Shown here: positions 18,317 to 28,702 of the stretch, one piece after another
Position numbering within the stretch: position 1 is the stretch's first letter
Layout: each line of letters begins with the position of its first letter
Assembly: GCA_038316195.1 (NCBI GenBank)
Contig: JBBQAJ010000001.1
Span: forward strand, 27,680-91,679
DNA from: Candidatus Saccharimonadales bacterium
GTDB lineage: Bacteria; Patescibacteriota; Saccharimonadia; Saccharimonadales; JBBQAJ01
DNA length: 64,000 nt
Direction: 5' to 3'
The notes under the pieces: model-generated
Told to the model about the DNA's origin: nothing
Seen by the model: only the letters and a program-made list of their open reading frames with translations
The model's database searches: none
Position numbers and translations under genes: made by a program

Positions 18317-19653
18317 TCTTTTGCGAGAAATGTGTTAAGAGCAGAACGGACATCTTTGACACCGGCATACTTAGTTGATTGTTTGTCTTTTTGGATCGGG
18401 CCTATAGCTACATCAAAACCTAGTTTTTTAGCTTCGGCAAGTCGTTTGTCTATATACGGTACATGCCTCACTTCTCCTGACAATCCAACTTCTCCAAATA
18501 CTACTGCATTTTGCTTAAGTTGCATGCCCTTAGATGCCGTTGCAATAGCCATACATATTGCCAAATCAGCGGCTGGTTCTGTAAGTTTAATACCGCCAAC
18601 AATGTTAATGTAAATATCTTGCTCAGCTAGATTGAGTTTCGTGCGTTTTTCGAGCATGGCTACAAGCAGATTAACTCTATTTAAGTCTATCCCACTTGCA
18701 GTTCTTTTGGGGTAACCATAAGTCGTTCGGTTCACAAGTGCTTGAACTTCCACCAAAAGTGGTCGTGTGCCTTCCATGGTAGCAAGTACTATTGAACCAT
18801 CACTTGCTTGTCTTTCTGCCAATAACGCAGCGGACGGATTGTCGACTGGCCTTAGTCCATTGTCAACCATTTCGAATATACCTGCTTCGTTGGTCGAACC
18901 ATAACGATTTTTTACAGCACGTAAGATTTTAAATCCACCATATCTGTCGCCTTCTAATTGTAAAACTACGTCCACAACATGTTCCAGCACTTTTGGCCCA
19001 GCAATGGATCCTTCTTTTGTTACGTGACCTACCAAAATCACTGCAGTGTCTGACTTTTTAGCTGCAAGTGTGATAAGTGCTGTACTGTTGGTTATTTGGC
19101 TTACGTTGCCTGCTGCTGATGCAATTGATTCGCTTGATAAGGTCTGAATTGAATCTACTATTACTAAATCAAATTTTTCTTCATTTATGGTTTTTGCAAT
19201 ATCGTCAGCACTTGTACTCGTTGCTAAAAGTAAGTTCTTTGTTCCGGCTCCTAGTCTATCTGCTCTTAGGCCAATCTGATGTGCAGATTCTTCGCCACTT
19301 ATATATAAAACTTTATAATTTTTTGATAAATCGTGAGCAACTTGCAATAGAAGTGTGCTTTTGCCAATCCCTGGTTGACCGGCAATCAAATTAATACTTC
19401 CCGCTACTATACCACCACCAAACACCGAGTCAATTTCGTTTATACCGGTTTTGAGTCGTTTGCTATCTTTAGAAATAGAGCTTGTAACCGTTTGAGTTGA
19501 AAGAGACTTTCCATTTCTAGCTACTTGGCTACCACTTGATAAATCTTCTTGTAAAGTATTCCATTCACCACATCCATAACATCTACCACTCCAAGTAGGA
19601 CTAGTGGCACCACAACTACTGCATATAAATTTGGGTGCTAATTTCTTTGCCAT
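18313..19653 (-). CDS. radA: DNA repair protein RadA/Sms
   Basis: Zinc finger CSSCGATSPTWSGRCYGCGEW, Walker A GQPGIGKST, and a Lon-like C-terminal domain. Confidence 0.9.
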   Translation of the reverse strand: MAKKLAPKFICSSCGATSPTWSGRCYGCGEWNTLQEDLSSGSQVARNGKSLSTQTVTSSISKDSKRLKTGINEIDSVFGGGIVAGSINLIAGQPGIGKSTLLLQVAHDLSKNYKVLYISGEESAHQIGLRADRLGAGTKNLLLATSTSADDIAKTINEEKFDLVIVDSIQTLSSESIASAAGNVSQITNSTALITLAAKKSDTAVILVGHVTKEGSIAGPKVLEHVVDVVLQLEGDRYGGFKILRAVKNRYGSTNEAGIFEMVDNGLRPVDNPSAALLAERQASDGSIVLATMEGTRPLLVEVQALVNRTTYGYPKRTASGIDLNRVNLLVAMLEKRTKLNLAEQDIYINIVGGIKLTEPAADLAICMAIATASKGMQLKQNAVVFGEVGLSGEVRHVPYIDKRLAEAKKLGFDVAIGPIQKDKQSTKYAGVKDVRSALNTFLAKD

Positions 19654-19673
19654 TATGTATCAAGTTTACCAGA

Positions 19674-20669
19674 CTACTGCGTCGGCAATGTATCTGGCCT
19701 ACTATCTATTGCCTTTATAAGTTCTGTTTCTTCGGACACTATGGCATTTCGTTTTACTACAAGCTTATTATACTGCTCAATTAGACTTCTTACTTCTCTT
19801 ACCTGGTTGTTGAATGTACTAATTCTCGAATTATATTTCGGTACAGCTTGATTGTAATTTTCGTAATCTTTTGCTTCCAAAAGACCGTCTAATCGTGCTC
19901 TTTCTGATTGAAGTGACGAGCTCATAGATTCTATTCCATTTTCTTTGTTATCGATTTGATTTTTAAGATTATTTAAAGATGCATCATACTGCAGTACCAG
20001 TTGTTTGCGATTAGTAAACTCCTGCTCATATTTTTCTGAAAACTCAACTATTTTTATTCTATTTGTAAAATATTTAGCGTAGTAGGCTTCTAGCTCTGGT
20101 GGTAGGTCACGCACTTCAGTGCCAATTATTGAATGAAGTTCATTTGCAACATCTGCACCATTTTTTTGATAATCAGATACTGCTTCATTTATTCGTGGAT
20201 TATTTGTAGATTTATATACTTTTTGAGTCAAGATATCGATACGAGATTTTTCGTCTGCATTCAGCCTGTCATATGCAGCGTGAAGTGTCTCATGCGCTGC
20301 CGTAACTTGTATTATCCCATTTAATCTTGCATCGGTAATTTTATATAGAAATATGCCTTGTCCTGACACATAACAGCCAAGGACAATAGTTTTTTCTCCT
20401 GTTTTACAATTGTTATTAAAATTACTCTTGTCCTCTAGCGATGGGTAATAAACATAAAATAGACGTCGGGTTTGCTGATTTAGAGTTGTGTCCGTGGCTA
20501 ATTGGACTACTTCAGTGGGTGGCTTATAGTTTCTAAGTCGCAAAGAATCATATATATACCACCTCTGTGTCCAAGCGATAAATGGCAAAACAAGTAAGGC
20601 TAAGACAAATAATGTCCCAGATGCGCGCTTTATAATTACTTTCATTAATTTAATTCTACCATTTCGCAT
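19674..20669 (-). CDS. Hypothetical membrane-anchored protein with HExxH motif and C-terminal coiled coil
   Basis: N-terminal TM. AAHETLHAAY is a candidate zincin motif. The C-terminal ~150 aa are heptad-rich. Confidence 0.45.
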   Translation of the reverse strand: MRNGRIKLMKVIIKRASGTLFVLALLVLPFIAWTQRWYIYDSLRLRNYKPPTEVVQLATDTTLNQQTRRLFYVYYPSLEDKSNFNNNCKTGEKTIVLGCYVSGQGIFLYKITDARLNGIIQVTAAHETLHAAYDRLNADEKSRIDILTQKVYKSTNNPRINEAVSDYQKNGADVANELHSIIGTEVRDLPPELEAYYAKYFTNRIKIVEFSEKYEQEFTNRKQLVLQYDASLNNLKNQIDNKENGIESMSSSLQSERARLDGLLEAKDYENYNQAVPKYNSRISTFNNQVREVRSLIEQYNKLVVKRNAIVSEETELIKAIDSRPDTLPTQ

Positions 20670-20751
20670 ATCCCATCTATAAAGAACTGATCTTCATATT
20701 TTCGTTCTTTGTGTTAGATCGAACTTTTTCAAGGGGTATTTTTGCTTGCAG

Positions 20752-23232
20752 CTATTCACTTATGGTGCTGTATTGAAGATCTGAATTTTTGGACGAGATT
20801 TTGACAATGTTACCTTTTTGATACTTATTGTCTAAAAGCTCGGATGCAATATGATCTTCGAGTGTATCCTGAAGTAGCCTCCTCATTGGCCGTACACCAT
20901 TCTTAGAATCGTAACCACTTTTTAGTAAATATTCTTTAGCGCTTGAGGTCAATTGTATGCCAATTCCATGTTTTACAAGTCTTTGTCGGAGCTCGTTTAT
21001 TTGTAAATCAAGTATGCTCATAATATCCTTTTTAGTAAGTGCTCTAAAAACAATTGTTTTGTCGATTCTATTTAGCAGTTCAGGGCGCATCATTTTTTTC
21101 AAAGCATCATGAACTTTTTCTTTATTCGCTTTATGTAAATTATCTAAATCATCTATGTCTGCACCCGTATCAATCTGAAATCCTAGAGCAGCTTCTCTCT
21201 GAAGTCTTTCAGCCCCAATATTACTTGTCATGATGATTATAGTGTTACTAAAATCAATTTTTCGCCCTTTAGCATCCGTGAGTACACCATCTTCTAAAAC
21301 CTGAAGTAACATATTGAATACGTCTGGGTGAGCTTTTTCAATTTCGTCAAACAACACTAAACTGTATGGTTGTCTTCGAATTTTATCAGTCAATTGCCCA
21401 CCATCATCATATCCAACGTATCCGGCTGGAGCACCAACTAGACGGGAAACATTGTGATGTTCGTTAAATTCACTCATGTCGATTTTTATCATTGCATCTT
21501 CTGACCCAAAAAATTCTCGTGCCAGTACTCGAGCTAGTTCCGTTTTACCTACTCCCGTAGGACCTAAGAAAATAAATGAGCCTATTGGCCTACCTTCTGC
21601 ACCGACCCCTGAACGGTTTCTACGTATTGCTTTTGACACTGCCGTAACAGCTTCGCCTTGACCTATTACAAACTTACTTAAATTCTTTTCTAAATTCAAT
21701 AAATATCTCGCTTCTGATCGAATAACTTTGCTCACTGGAACTCCGGTCATTCGAGCAACTACATCCGCTACGTCTTCACTTGTCATGGTTAATCGTTTTA
21801 CCGATTTACCATTGGCTTCTAGTTTTTTTAAATTTTCTGAAATTTGACTTGCACGTTGTTTGAATTTAGCAGCTTTCTCATAATCTTCATTTTCAGCAGC
21901 AATTTCTCGTCGTGAATTAACAAGTTTTAATTCTTTTTGAAGTTTTCTCACTTCTGGAGGTGTCACTCCTTTGTCGATACGCAAATGAGCAGCCGTTTCA
22001 TCAAGTAAGTCAATTGCCTTATCGGGCATAAATCTGTCATTTATGTATCTTTTTGCTAGAGTAACAGTATCTTCTAGTACTTCGTCGCTTACTTTGACAC
22101 CGTGAAAAGCTTCATAGTGTTTGCGTAAGCCTTTTAAAATTGCATATGTTTCAGGAACTGTCGTTTCCGGAACATTTATCGGCTGGAAGCGTCTCTCAAG
22201 GGCTGAGTCTTTTTCAATATGTTTTGTATACTCCATGGTTGTGGTCGCACCGATGAGCTGAATTTTGCCTCTTGCCAGAGCAGGTTTTAGTATGTTCCCA
22301 GCATCCATGGCACCTTCAGCTGCTCCAGCGCCCACAATTAAATGTAATTCATCAATGAAAACAATAGCTTTTTTGTCTTGCTCTAATTCTGCCATAACTT
22401 TCTTAAGTCTTTCTTCAAACTCACCACGATATTTCGTGCCAGCGATCATTCCTGCAAGATCAAGCATAATGATTCTTTTATCTAGCAAACTATCTGGAAC
22501 TTCTTCGCTAATTATTCGTTGAGCTAGCCCTTCGACAATAGCTGTTTTGCCTACGCCAGGTTCACCAATTAATACTGGGTTGTTTTTAGTACGACGATTT
22601 AGTATTGTAACTACTCTTTTTATCTGTGGCTCTCTTCCTACAACAGGATCCAGCTTGCCTTGTTTTGCCATATTTGTAAGGTCAGTTCCGAAGAAGTCTA
22701 AAGCCGTTTTTCGCTGTTTTTTAACTCTTTTTCTATCGCCAGAAACCGTCTCACTGTTATCTTCATATTGTTGACGATTTAGGAATTGTTCAAGCTCATT
22801 GTTTAGGTTTTCTACATCAACGTTCATGTCTGATAATAGTTTGGTAGCTCTGGCGTTTTTTTGACTTAATATACTGTATAAAATGTGCTCTGTACCAGTA
22901 AACTCTTGACTAAATTCTCCCGCGACGTCTTGAGCCATTTTTAATGTTAGTTTGGCGGTTTCACTTAATCCTTTTCCTCCGAGATTAATTACGAGAGTTT
23001 TTGGGGTGAGGTTTAAGACTAGACGGGCTCGGTCCAAGGTTACTCCTGCATCGGAGAGTATTTTTGCACCCATACTGCTATCTTGAGCTAAAACACCAAG
23101 CAGTAAGTGTTCCGTGCCCACATACGCGGCTCCAAAACTACGTGCAATCGCATCAGCATGTTTTAAACTACTCAAAGCATTGTCTGTTAGATGATTTAAA
23201 AATTCTTGAAAATCTGGTGATTGTGGCATCAT
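20752..23232 (-). CDS. clpC: ATP-dependent Clp protease ATP-binding subunit ClpC (Hsp100)
   Basis: Two Clp_N repeats. NBD1 GEPGVGKT. Short middle region with UVR-like [16 protein letters not shown]2 GPTGVGKT. 826 aa. Confidence 0.85.
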   Translation of the reverse strand: MMPQSPDFQEFLNHLTDNALSSLKHADAIARSFGAAYVGTEHLLLGVLAQDSSMGAKILSDAGVTLDRARLVLNLTPKTLVINLGGKGLSETAKLTLKMAQDVAGEFSQEFTGTEHILYSILSQKNARATKLLSDMNVDVENLNNELEQFLNRQQYEDNSETVSGDRKRVKKQRKTALDFFGTDLTNMAKQGKLDPVVGREPQIKRVVTILNRRTKNNPVLIGEPGVGKTAIVEGLAQRIISEEVPDSLLDKRIIMLDLAGMIAGTKYRGEFEERLKKVMAELEQDKKAIVFIDELHLIVGAGAAEGAMDAGNILKPALARGKIQLIGATTTMEYTKHIEKDSALERRFQPINVPETTVPETYAILKGLRKHYEAFHGVKVSDEVLEDTVTLAKRYINDRFMPDKAIDLLDETAAHLRIDKGVTPPEVRKLQKELKLVNSRREIAAENEDYEKAAKFKQRASQISENLKKLEANGKSVKRLTMTSEDVADVVARMTGVPVSKVIRSEARYLLNLEKNLSKFVIGQGEAVTAVSKAIRRNRSGVGAEGRPIGSFIFLGPTGVGKTELARVLAREFFGSEDAMIKIDMSEFNEHHNVSRLVGAPAGYVGYDDGGQLTDKIRRQPYSLVLFDEIEKAHPDVFNMLLQVLEDGVLTDAKGRKIDFSNTIIIMTSNIGAERLQREAALGFQIDTGADIDDLDNLHKANKEKVHDALKKMMRPELLNRIDKTIVFRALTKKDIMSILDLQINELRQRLVKHGIGIQLTSSAKEYLLKSGYDSKNGVRPMRRLLQDTLEDHIASELLDNKYQKGNIVKISSKNSDLQYSTISE

Positions 23233-23251
23233 ATTTGTTTACCCATCCTTT

Positions 23252-23281
23252 TTGAGCGACCTTTTTAAAATTATCGCTCAA
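23252..23281 (-). promoter_or_regulatory. Perfect 8-bp inverted repeat TTGAGCGA-N14-TCGCTCAA in clpC 5' leader
   Basis: Located between the putative -10 (23286..23291) and the clpC Shine-Dalgarno. Confidence 0.3.
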
Positions 23282-23295
23282 ATGTATTATACCAA

Positions 23296-23322
23296 TTAGC
23301 ACTCCCCAGTCAAGAGTGCTAA
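23296..23322 (-). promoter_or_regulatory. CIRCE element (HrcA operator), perfect consensus TTAGCACTC-N9-GAGTGCTAA, abutting a TATAAT -10 for clpC
   Basis: Exact match to the canonical CIRCE consensus. It sits 5 bp upstream of TATAAT on the minus strand (23291..23286), in the nusA-clpC intergenic region. Confidence 0.7.
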
Positions 23323-23361
23323 TTTAATAAAATTTTCAGTAATTTTGGATTGCCGAGTTTG

Positions 23362-24528
23362 TTATTTATTTTCTGTACCATGTTCTTCTATGGCTTCAAG
23401 CAAGGAGCTCTCTAATTGTTCTTTTTTCTTTAGTTTTTGAACAACTGGCTTTGATGATTCTTCTTTTGCTATTGGTTCAGGCTGTGTGTCTTGTTCGGCA
23501 TTAATATCAAGTTCATAGCCGGTGAGCTTACTAGCAAGTCTAACGTTTTGACCACTTTTACCAATCGCAATACTCAACTGGTCTTCTGGCACAATAACTT
23601 TCCCTTTTTTAGCTGCTTCATCTAATACGACTTTAGTAACCTTGGTGGGACTTAAAGCATTTGTAATGTATGTGGCTGGATCGTCATTAAATACAACTAT
23701 ATCGATTTTTTCTTGTTCCCCAACTTCACTCATAACAGCATTCACTCGCGTACCGTGGCCTCCTACAAACGTTCCAACTGGATCAACTCCAGGTACGCTA
23801 CTTGCAACTGCAATTTTACTTCGCACACCAGCTTCTCGCGCAATATTTTTTATTTCTACTGCCCCACTTTCCATTTCAGGAACTTCACCACGAAATAGCC
23901 ATTCAATAAACTGATTATTACCTCGTGAAACTACAAGCTGAGGACCACGAAAGCCACGTTCTACATCTTTTAAAAATACCTTCAGTCGCTGACCTGGGTA
24001 GTATCGCTCTCCTTGAATTTGTTCGCTTCTAGGCATAATACCTTGGGCTTTACCGAGCTCTACGCGAACAATATTACCCTCTACACGTCCTACTATCCCA
24101 TTCACAACGGTACCTATCTTGTCTTCATATTCGACCATGATAATTTCTCGTTCGGCTTCACGTAGTCGCTGTAAAATTACCTGTTTGGCAGTTTGGGCTG
24201 CAACCCGTCCAAATGATTCAATTTTTTGGTATATTTCTATCATATCGCCAATTTTGGCATTTTTCTTCATCACTTGTGCATCTGTCAAGCTTATTTCAAA
24301 GTTATCATCGCCAACCAGTTTAACAACTTCTTTTGTGATATATGCATCGACGTCTCCGTTATTAAGGTTCATGGAAACTCGAACCTCCTGTTCTCTTTCT
24401 CCATAATCACGACGATATGCAGCAGCCAAAGCTTGTTCGACTATTTCCTGTACTAAATCTTCCGGCAGATTTTTTTCTTCTGAAATCGTTTTTACCGCTA
24501 GTGCTAATCCTTTTAAATCTAAATCCAT
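23362..24528 (-). CDS. nusA: Transcription termination/antitermination factor NusA
   Basis: N-terminal domain, S1 domain, two KH domains. 388 aa. Confidence 0.9.
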   Translation of the reverse strand: MDLDLKGLALAVKTISEEKNLPEDLVQEIVEQALAAAYRRDYGEREQEVRVSMNLNNGDVDAYITKEVVKLVGDDNFEISLTDAQVMKKNAKIGDMIEIYQKIESFGRVAAQTAKQVILQRLREAEREIIMVEYEDKIGTVVNGIVGRVEGNIVRVELGKAQGIMPRSEQIQGERYYPGQRLKVFLKDVERGFRGPQLVVSRGNNQFIEWLFRGEVPEMESGAVEIKNIAREAGVRSKIAVASSVPGVDPVGTFVGGHGTRVNAVMSEVGEQEKIDIVVFNDDPATYITNALSPTKVTKVVLDEAAKKGKVIVPEDQLSIAIGKSGQNVRLASKLTGYELDINAEQDTQPEPIAKEESSKPVVQKLKKKEQLESSLLEAIEEHGTENK

Positions 24529-24704
24529 TGTTTTCTCCTTTTTAGTTGTTTTCAGTTTATCTTTAATTTACAAAAAATTTGTTCTAAACTTATGAAAAAA
24601 TCCGACCTTTTGGCCGGATTGAACAGTTACAATTATAGCCACGTAATTACATGTTGTCAATCACACTGCATAATGACAAGACTCTGTCTGTTAATATATA
24701 CAGT

Positions 24705-27314
24705 ATGACAAAAGAAGTGAAAAGGTTGTATAAAAATTTCCGACCACACAAATATGTTCTGGATATTATAGTTGATAAAGACAGTATGAAATTTAGTGGG
24801 ACGGTTATTATTGTAGGAAACAATACCGGACGTCCAAGTTGCAGACTTACTTTCCATCAGAACGGAATAAAAATTACCAAAGCTCATGTAACTAAACATG
24901 ACAAACTTGGTGATCACGAAATCATAATAGACAGAATAAACCACCATCGAAATTTTGACGAGGTACGCCTTCATGCATCAAAAATATTATACGGTGGTCA
25001 ATATACTGTTCGGATGGAATTTTCCGGCAAAATCACACGACATATGAATGGGATTTATCCATGTTTCTTTGAAAAAGATGGACATGAAAAAAAGCTAATT
25101 GCTACTCAATTCGAAAGTCATCATGCTAGAGAAGTATTTCCGTGCATTGATGAACCAGAAGCAAAGGCAGTGTTCGAGCTTTCATTAACTAGTCCTGCGG
25201 GTGAAATAGTTCTATCAAATACTCCAATTAGCAGTCAAAAAACAGTTGGGACCAACTTTGTTACAAAATTTCATCCGACACCTCATATGTCAACGTATCT
25301 TTTAGCTTTTGTGATTGGTGAATTGAGCTATAAACAAGCAAAAACAAAGGATGGGGTAATTGTAAGAACTTATGCTACTAATGACAATTTAGATCTAACT
25401 GATTTTGCTTTAGAAATTGCAGTTAAATGTCTTGATTTTTATAATGATTACTTTGGAATAGATTATCCACTTGAAAAATGCGATTTAATCGCTTTGCCTG
25501 ATTTTGCAAGTGGCGCGATGGAGAACTGGGGCTGCATAACATTTCGCGAACATGCAATGTTAGTTGATCCAAAAAATTCTACACTTGCAACTAAACAATA
25601 CGTTGCATTAGTTGTGGCACATGAACTAACTCACCAGTGGTTCGGCAATTTAGTTACTATGCGTTGGTGGACCGACCTTTGGTTAAATGAGGGGTTTGCA
25701 AGCTGGATGGAATATTTAGCTATCGATTTTATATATCCTGATTGGGAACTCTGGACACAATTTGCAGTAGACGAACAGCAACAGGCTATGAAGTTAGACG
25801 CACTTGAACATACTCACCCAGTAGAGGTACAAGTTAAACATCCAGACGAAATTCGATCAATTTTTGACGCCATAAGTTATAGCAAAGGCGCCAGTGTAAT
25901 ACATATGTTGCATGATTATTTAGGTCCTAAAGTTTTTCGAGACGGTTTACGACATTATTTACAAACTTACAAATATAAAAATACTGACACAATAGATTTA
26001 TGGAATAGCTTAGAAGAGATTTCTGGAAAGCCCGTAAAAGATTTTATGCACGCCTGGACAAGTCAGCCTGGCTTTCCAATTCTGAAAGTTGACGTAGATG
26101 AAAAGATTATTAAAATTGAACAATCCAGATTTTATGCAAATCCTTTGAATAAAAAATTCAATGCGTCACTATGGCCCGTGCCCCTTCTTACTAATAAAGA
26201 GGATGATAATTCGCTTACTGAAGTATCGACAAATTTAGATATAAAAAACAACCAGGAACTCAAGCTAAATCATGGACAAAGTGGATTTTATCGGGTTACC
26301 TATAATGCAACTCATATACAACGATTGGGTGAGCTTATAAAAAAAGGTCACTTGAATCCACTTGATAGACTTGGCATTCTAACAGATCAATTTGAAACAG
26401 CCAAAGCCGGAAAATCCAATACCTCAGAGGCACTAAACTTTTTGCAAAACTTTGTACACGAAAACAACTACGCAGTTTGGGATACAATTGCAAGCATAAT
26501 AGGCAATATTAAACTTGTAATGGGTGACGATGAATTAAGAGATGATATGAAACCGTTTATTCGAAATCTAGTAACGCCAGAATTGAATAGACTAGGTTGG
26601 GAAAGAAAAAGTTCTGATAGTCATTTTGACTTACTGTTGCGTCCAATAATTTTAGGGCTTGCAGCAAGCGCAGATGATCCTACTGTAGTTGAGCGATGCA
26701 AAGAGCTTTTTGAAAGTATAGAATCCGTCAATGAACTTGCATCCGATCTGCGAGCAACTGCAAGTTCTAGTAAAATTAAACGAAGCATGGATATTGATCC
26801 TGATCTACGAGGGACTGTGTTTGGAACTGTAGCTAGATTAGGTGGAGCAAAGGAGTTTGACAAACTACTCAACTTACATAATGAATCTACTCTTAGTGAA
26901 GAGCGAACTTCTATTGCCGCAGCCTTGACGGGTTTTAGGCAAATAAATATTGCAAAAAGGGCCTTGAATTTGATTGACTCAAAAACAGTTCGTATGCAAG
27001 ACGTTTCATACTGGATTGCTTATTCGTTTATGAACCGTTTCGCCAGAAACTCAACTTGGGACTGGCTTCAATCAAAATGGGATTGGCTAGACGAAAACCT
27101 TGGTTCGGATTTAGCTTTCTATAGAATGCCTATTTATACAGCTAGAGTTTTTAGCGACAAAGAATTTATCCCAAAATATAGAAAATTTTATTCTTCTAAA
27201 TTATCTCCTGCATTACTCCGTTCATATAATCAAGGATTGGAGATATTAGAAATAAATACCGAATGGAAGCTCAGAGACGCAAAAGAAGTAAGGGCATTCT
27301 TCAAACAAAAATAA
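24705..27314 (+). CDS. pepN: Aminopeptidase N (M1 family)
   Basis: GAMENWG exopeptidase motif. HELTHQWFGNLVTMRWWTDLWLNEGFA (HExxH-x18-E). Start chosen at the internal Met (MTKEVKRLYKNF...). Confidence 0.85.
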   Translation: MTKEVKRLYKNFRPHKYVLDIIVDKDSMKFSGTVIIVGNNTGRPSCRLTFHQNGIKITKAHVTKHDKLGDHEIIIDRINHHRNFDEVRLHASKILYGGQYTVRMEFSGKITRHMNGIYPCFFEKDGHEKKLIATQFESHHAREVFPCIDEPEAKAVFELSLTSPAGEIVLSNTPISSQKTVGTNFVTKFHPTPHMSTYLLAFVIGELSYKQAKTKDGVIVRTYATNDNLDLTDFALEIAVKCLDFYNDYFGIDYPLEKCDLIALPDFASGAMENWGCITFREHAMLVDPKNSTLATKQYVALVVAHELTHQWFGNLVTMRWWTDLWLNEGFASWMEYLAIDFIYPDWELWTQFAVDEQQQAMKLDALEHTHPVEVQVKHPDEIRSIFDAISYSKGASVIHMLHDYLGPKVFRDGLRHYLQTYKYKNTDTIDLWNSLEEISGKPVKDFMHAWTSQPGFPILKVDVDEKIIKIEQSRFYANPLNKKFNASLWPVPLLTNKEDDNSLTEVSTNLDIKNNQELKLNHGQSGFYRVTYNATHIQRLGELIKKGHLNPLDRLGILTDQFETAKAGKSNTSEALNFLQNFVHENNYAVWDTIASIIGNIKLVMGDDELRDDMKPFIRNLVTPELNRLGWERKSSDSHFDLLLRPIILGLAASADDPTVVERCKELFESIESVNELASDLRATASSSKIKRSMDIDPDLRGTVFGTVARLGGAKEFDKLLNLHNESTLSEERTSIAAALTGFRQINIAKRALNLIDSKTVRMQDVSYWIAYSFMNRFARNSTWDWLQSKWDWLDENLGSDLAFYRMPIYTARVFSDKEFIPKYRKFYSSKLSPALLRSYNQGLEILEINTEWKLRDAKEVRAFFKQK

Positions 27315-27475
27315 AAAGTTTATTATTCTGTGTCCTGAAGTGTAAATTTGCATTAAAGCGTGCTTACTTGTCGTATATGACTTATTGTCGATATATGCAT
27401 CGTTAAAAGTGTACCTTGCCATAATAAGAAAGCATCTATAGCCTTTAGGTTTCTATAAGCCATGGCTGTATAATT

Positions 27476-28042
27476 TTAATTCATATAAGCTTTTACGGGT
27501 TTATAGCTTTTTCTATGAATATTACTCACTCCATGAATTCTGAGAGCAGCTTGATGTAATGGGGTTCCATAACCGACATGTTTTTCAAATCCATAAAATG
27601 GATGGAATTTTGCAATACGTTTCATGTGAGCATCTCGAGTAACTTTTGCGTATATACTTGCCGCACTAACAATTGGATTCGATTTATCTGCTTTTGGCAC
27701 TACGTCAACATTCGTAAACTCAATTGGACAATAATTAACAATCCCATCTAAAATAATATGCTCGTCAAGCATAGCCCCAAGTTCCATAAGTGCTCTACTT
27801 ACACCCAAATACATTGCTTTAGATAATCCAAATTCATCAATTTCATGTGGCTGCACCCAACCTTCGCCCAAACTACATGTATCTACAATTTTATCGTACA
27901 AATATTCACGCTGTAATTTAGTTAAAGCTTTAGAATCATTTAGCCCCACAGGAAGAGTCCTATTTTCACGTGCAGCAACTACTAAAAGTGGACCAGCCCA
28001 ACTTCCTCTACCAACCTCATCTATCCCAACAAGCATCCCCAT
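27476..28042 (-). CDS. rnhB: Ribonuclease HII
   Basis: GIDEVGRGSWAGPLLV catalytic N-terminus. Start taken at the internal Met (MGMLVGIDE). Confidence 0.85.
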   Translation of the reverse strand: MGMLVGIDEVGRGSWAGPLLVVAARENRTLPVGLNDSKALTKLQREYLYDKIVDTCSLGEGWVQPHEIDEFGLSKAMYLGVSRALMELGAMLDEHIILDGIVNYCPIEFTNVDVVPKADKSNPIVSAASIYAKVTRDAHMKRIAKFHPFYGFEKHVGYGTPLHQAALRIHGVSNIHRKSYKPVKAYMN

Positions 28043-28104
28043 ATTATAATAATAACAAAAAACCACACTAATAGAATCGTCTAAATTATAATAAGGTAGT
28101 TAAA

Positions 28105-28650
28105 TTATTCAGTTAATGACGATTCGGCTGCTGAATCGTGTGCTTTTAGGGCTTCTTCGATTTTTGCTTCTGCAACTGAATCTACTTTGGCTTTTTGTTC
28201 TGCCTCTTCTGCATGTTGCTTTGTCAATAAATCTTTGGCTGCAGCTTCTGCTTTTTCAGCTTCGTCATCTACCACAGTATTTACCGAGTCTTTATCAAAA
28301 CTCATTCCGGTTAGTCGTGCTGATTTGCCTGTTCGCTTTCGCATATATGTCAAGTAGTTACGACGGACCTTACTTCGTTTAGTGACTTCAACTTTTACAA
28401 CCAATGGGCTATGTAACATAAATGATTTTTCAACCCCAACTCCACTTGAAATGCGACGTACAGTAATTCGACTTGTGTGGCTTCCTTTACGGTCAGTGCG
28501 GATTACGAGTCCCTGAAAAATCTGTATACGCTCTTTGTTACCTTCGCGAATTTTTTGATGTACTTTTACTGTATCACCAGAACGCACGTCAACAACTTGC
28601 GTTTTTTTGTACTTTGCATTGATTTTTTGAATTACTGACTCCATGACCAA
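28105..28650 (-). CDS. rplS: 50S ribosomal protein L19 with ~60-aa charged C-terminal extension
   Basis: SGDTVKVHQKIREGNKERIQIFQGLVI L19 core. The C-terminal tail is Ala/Glu/Lys-rich. Confidence 0.85.
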   Translation of the reverse strand: MVMESVIQKINAKYKKTQVVDVRSGDTVKVHQKIREGNKERIQIFQGLVIRTDRKGSHTSRITVRRISSGVGVEKSFMLHSPLVVKVEVTKRSKVRRNYLTYMRKRTGKSARLTGMSFDKDSVNTVVDDEAEKAEAAAKDLLTKQHAEEAEQKAKVDSVAEAKIEEALKAHDSAAESSLTE

Positions 28651-28702
28651 ATTAGATTACACTAATCTGTTAATTATTGCAATACTTTCAGACCGTGCAG
28701 CA

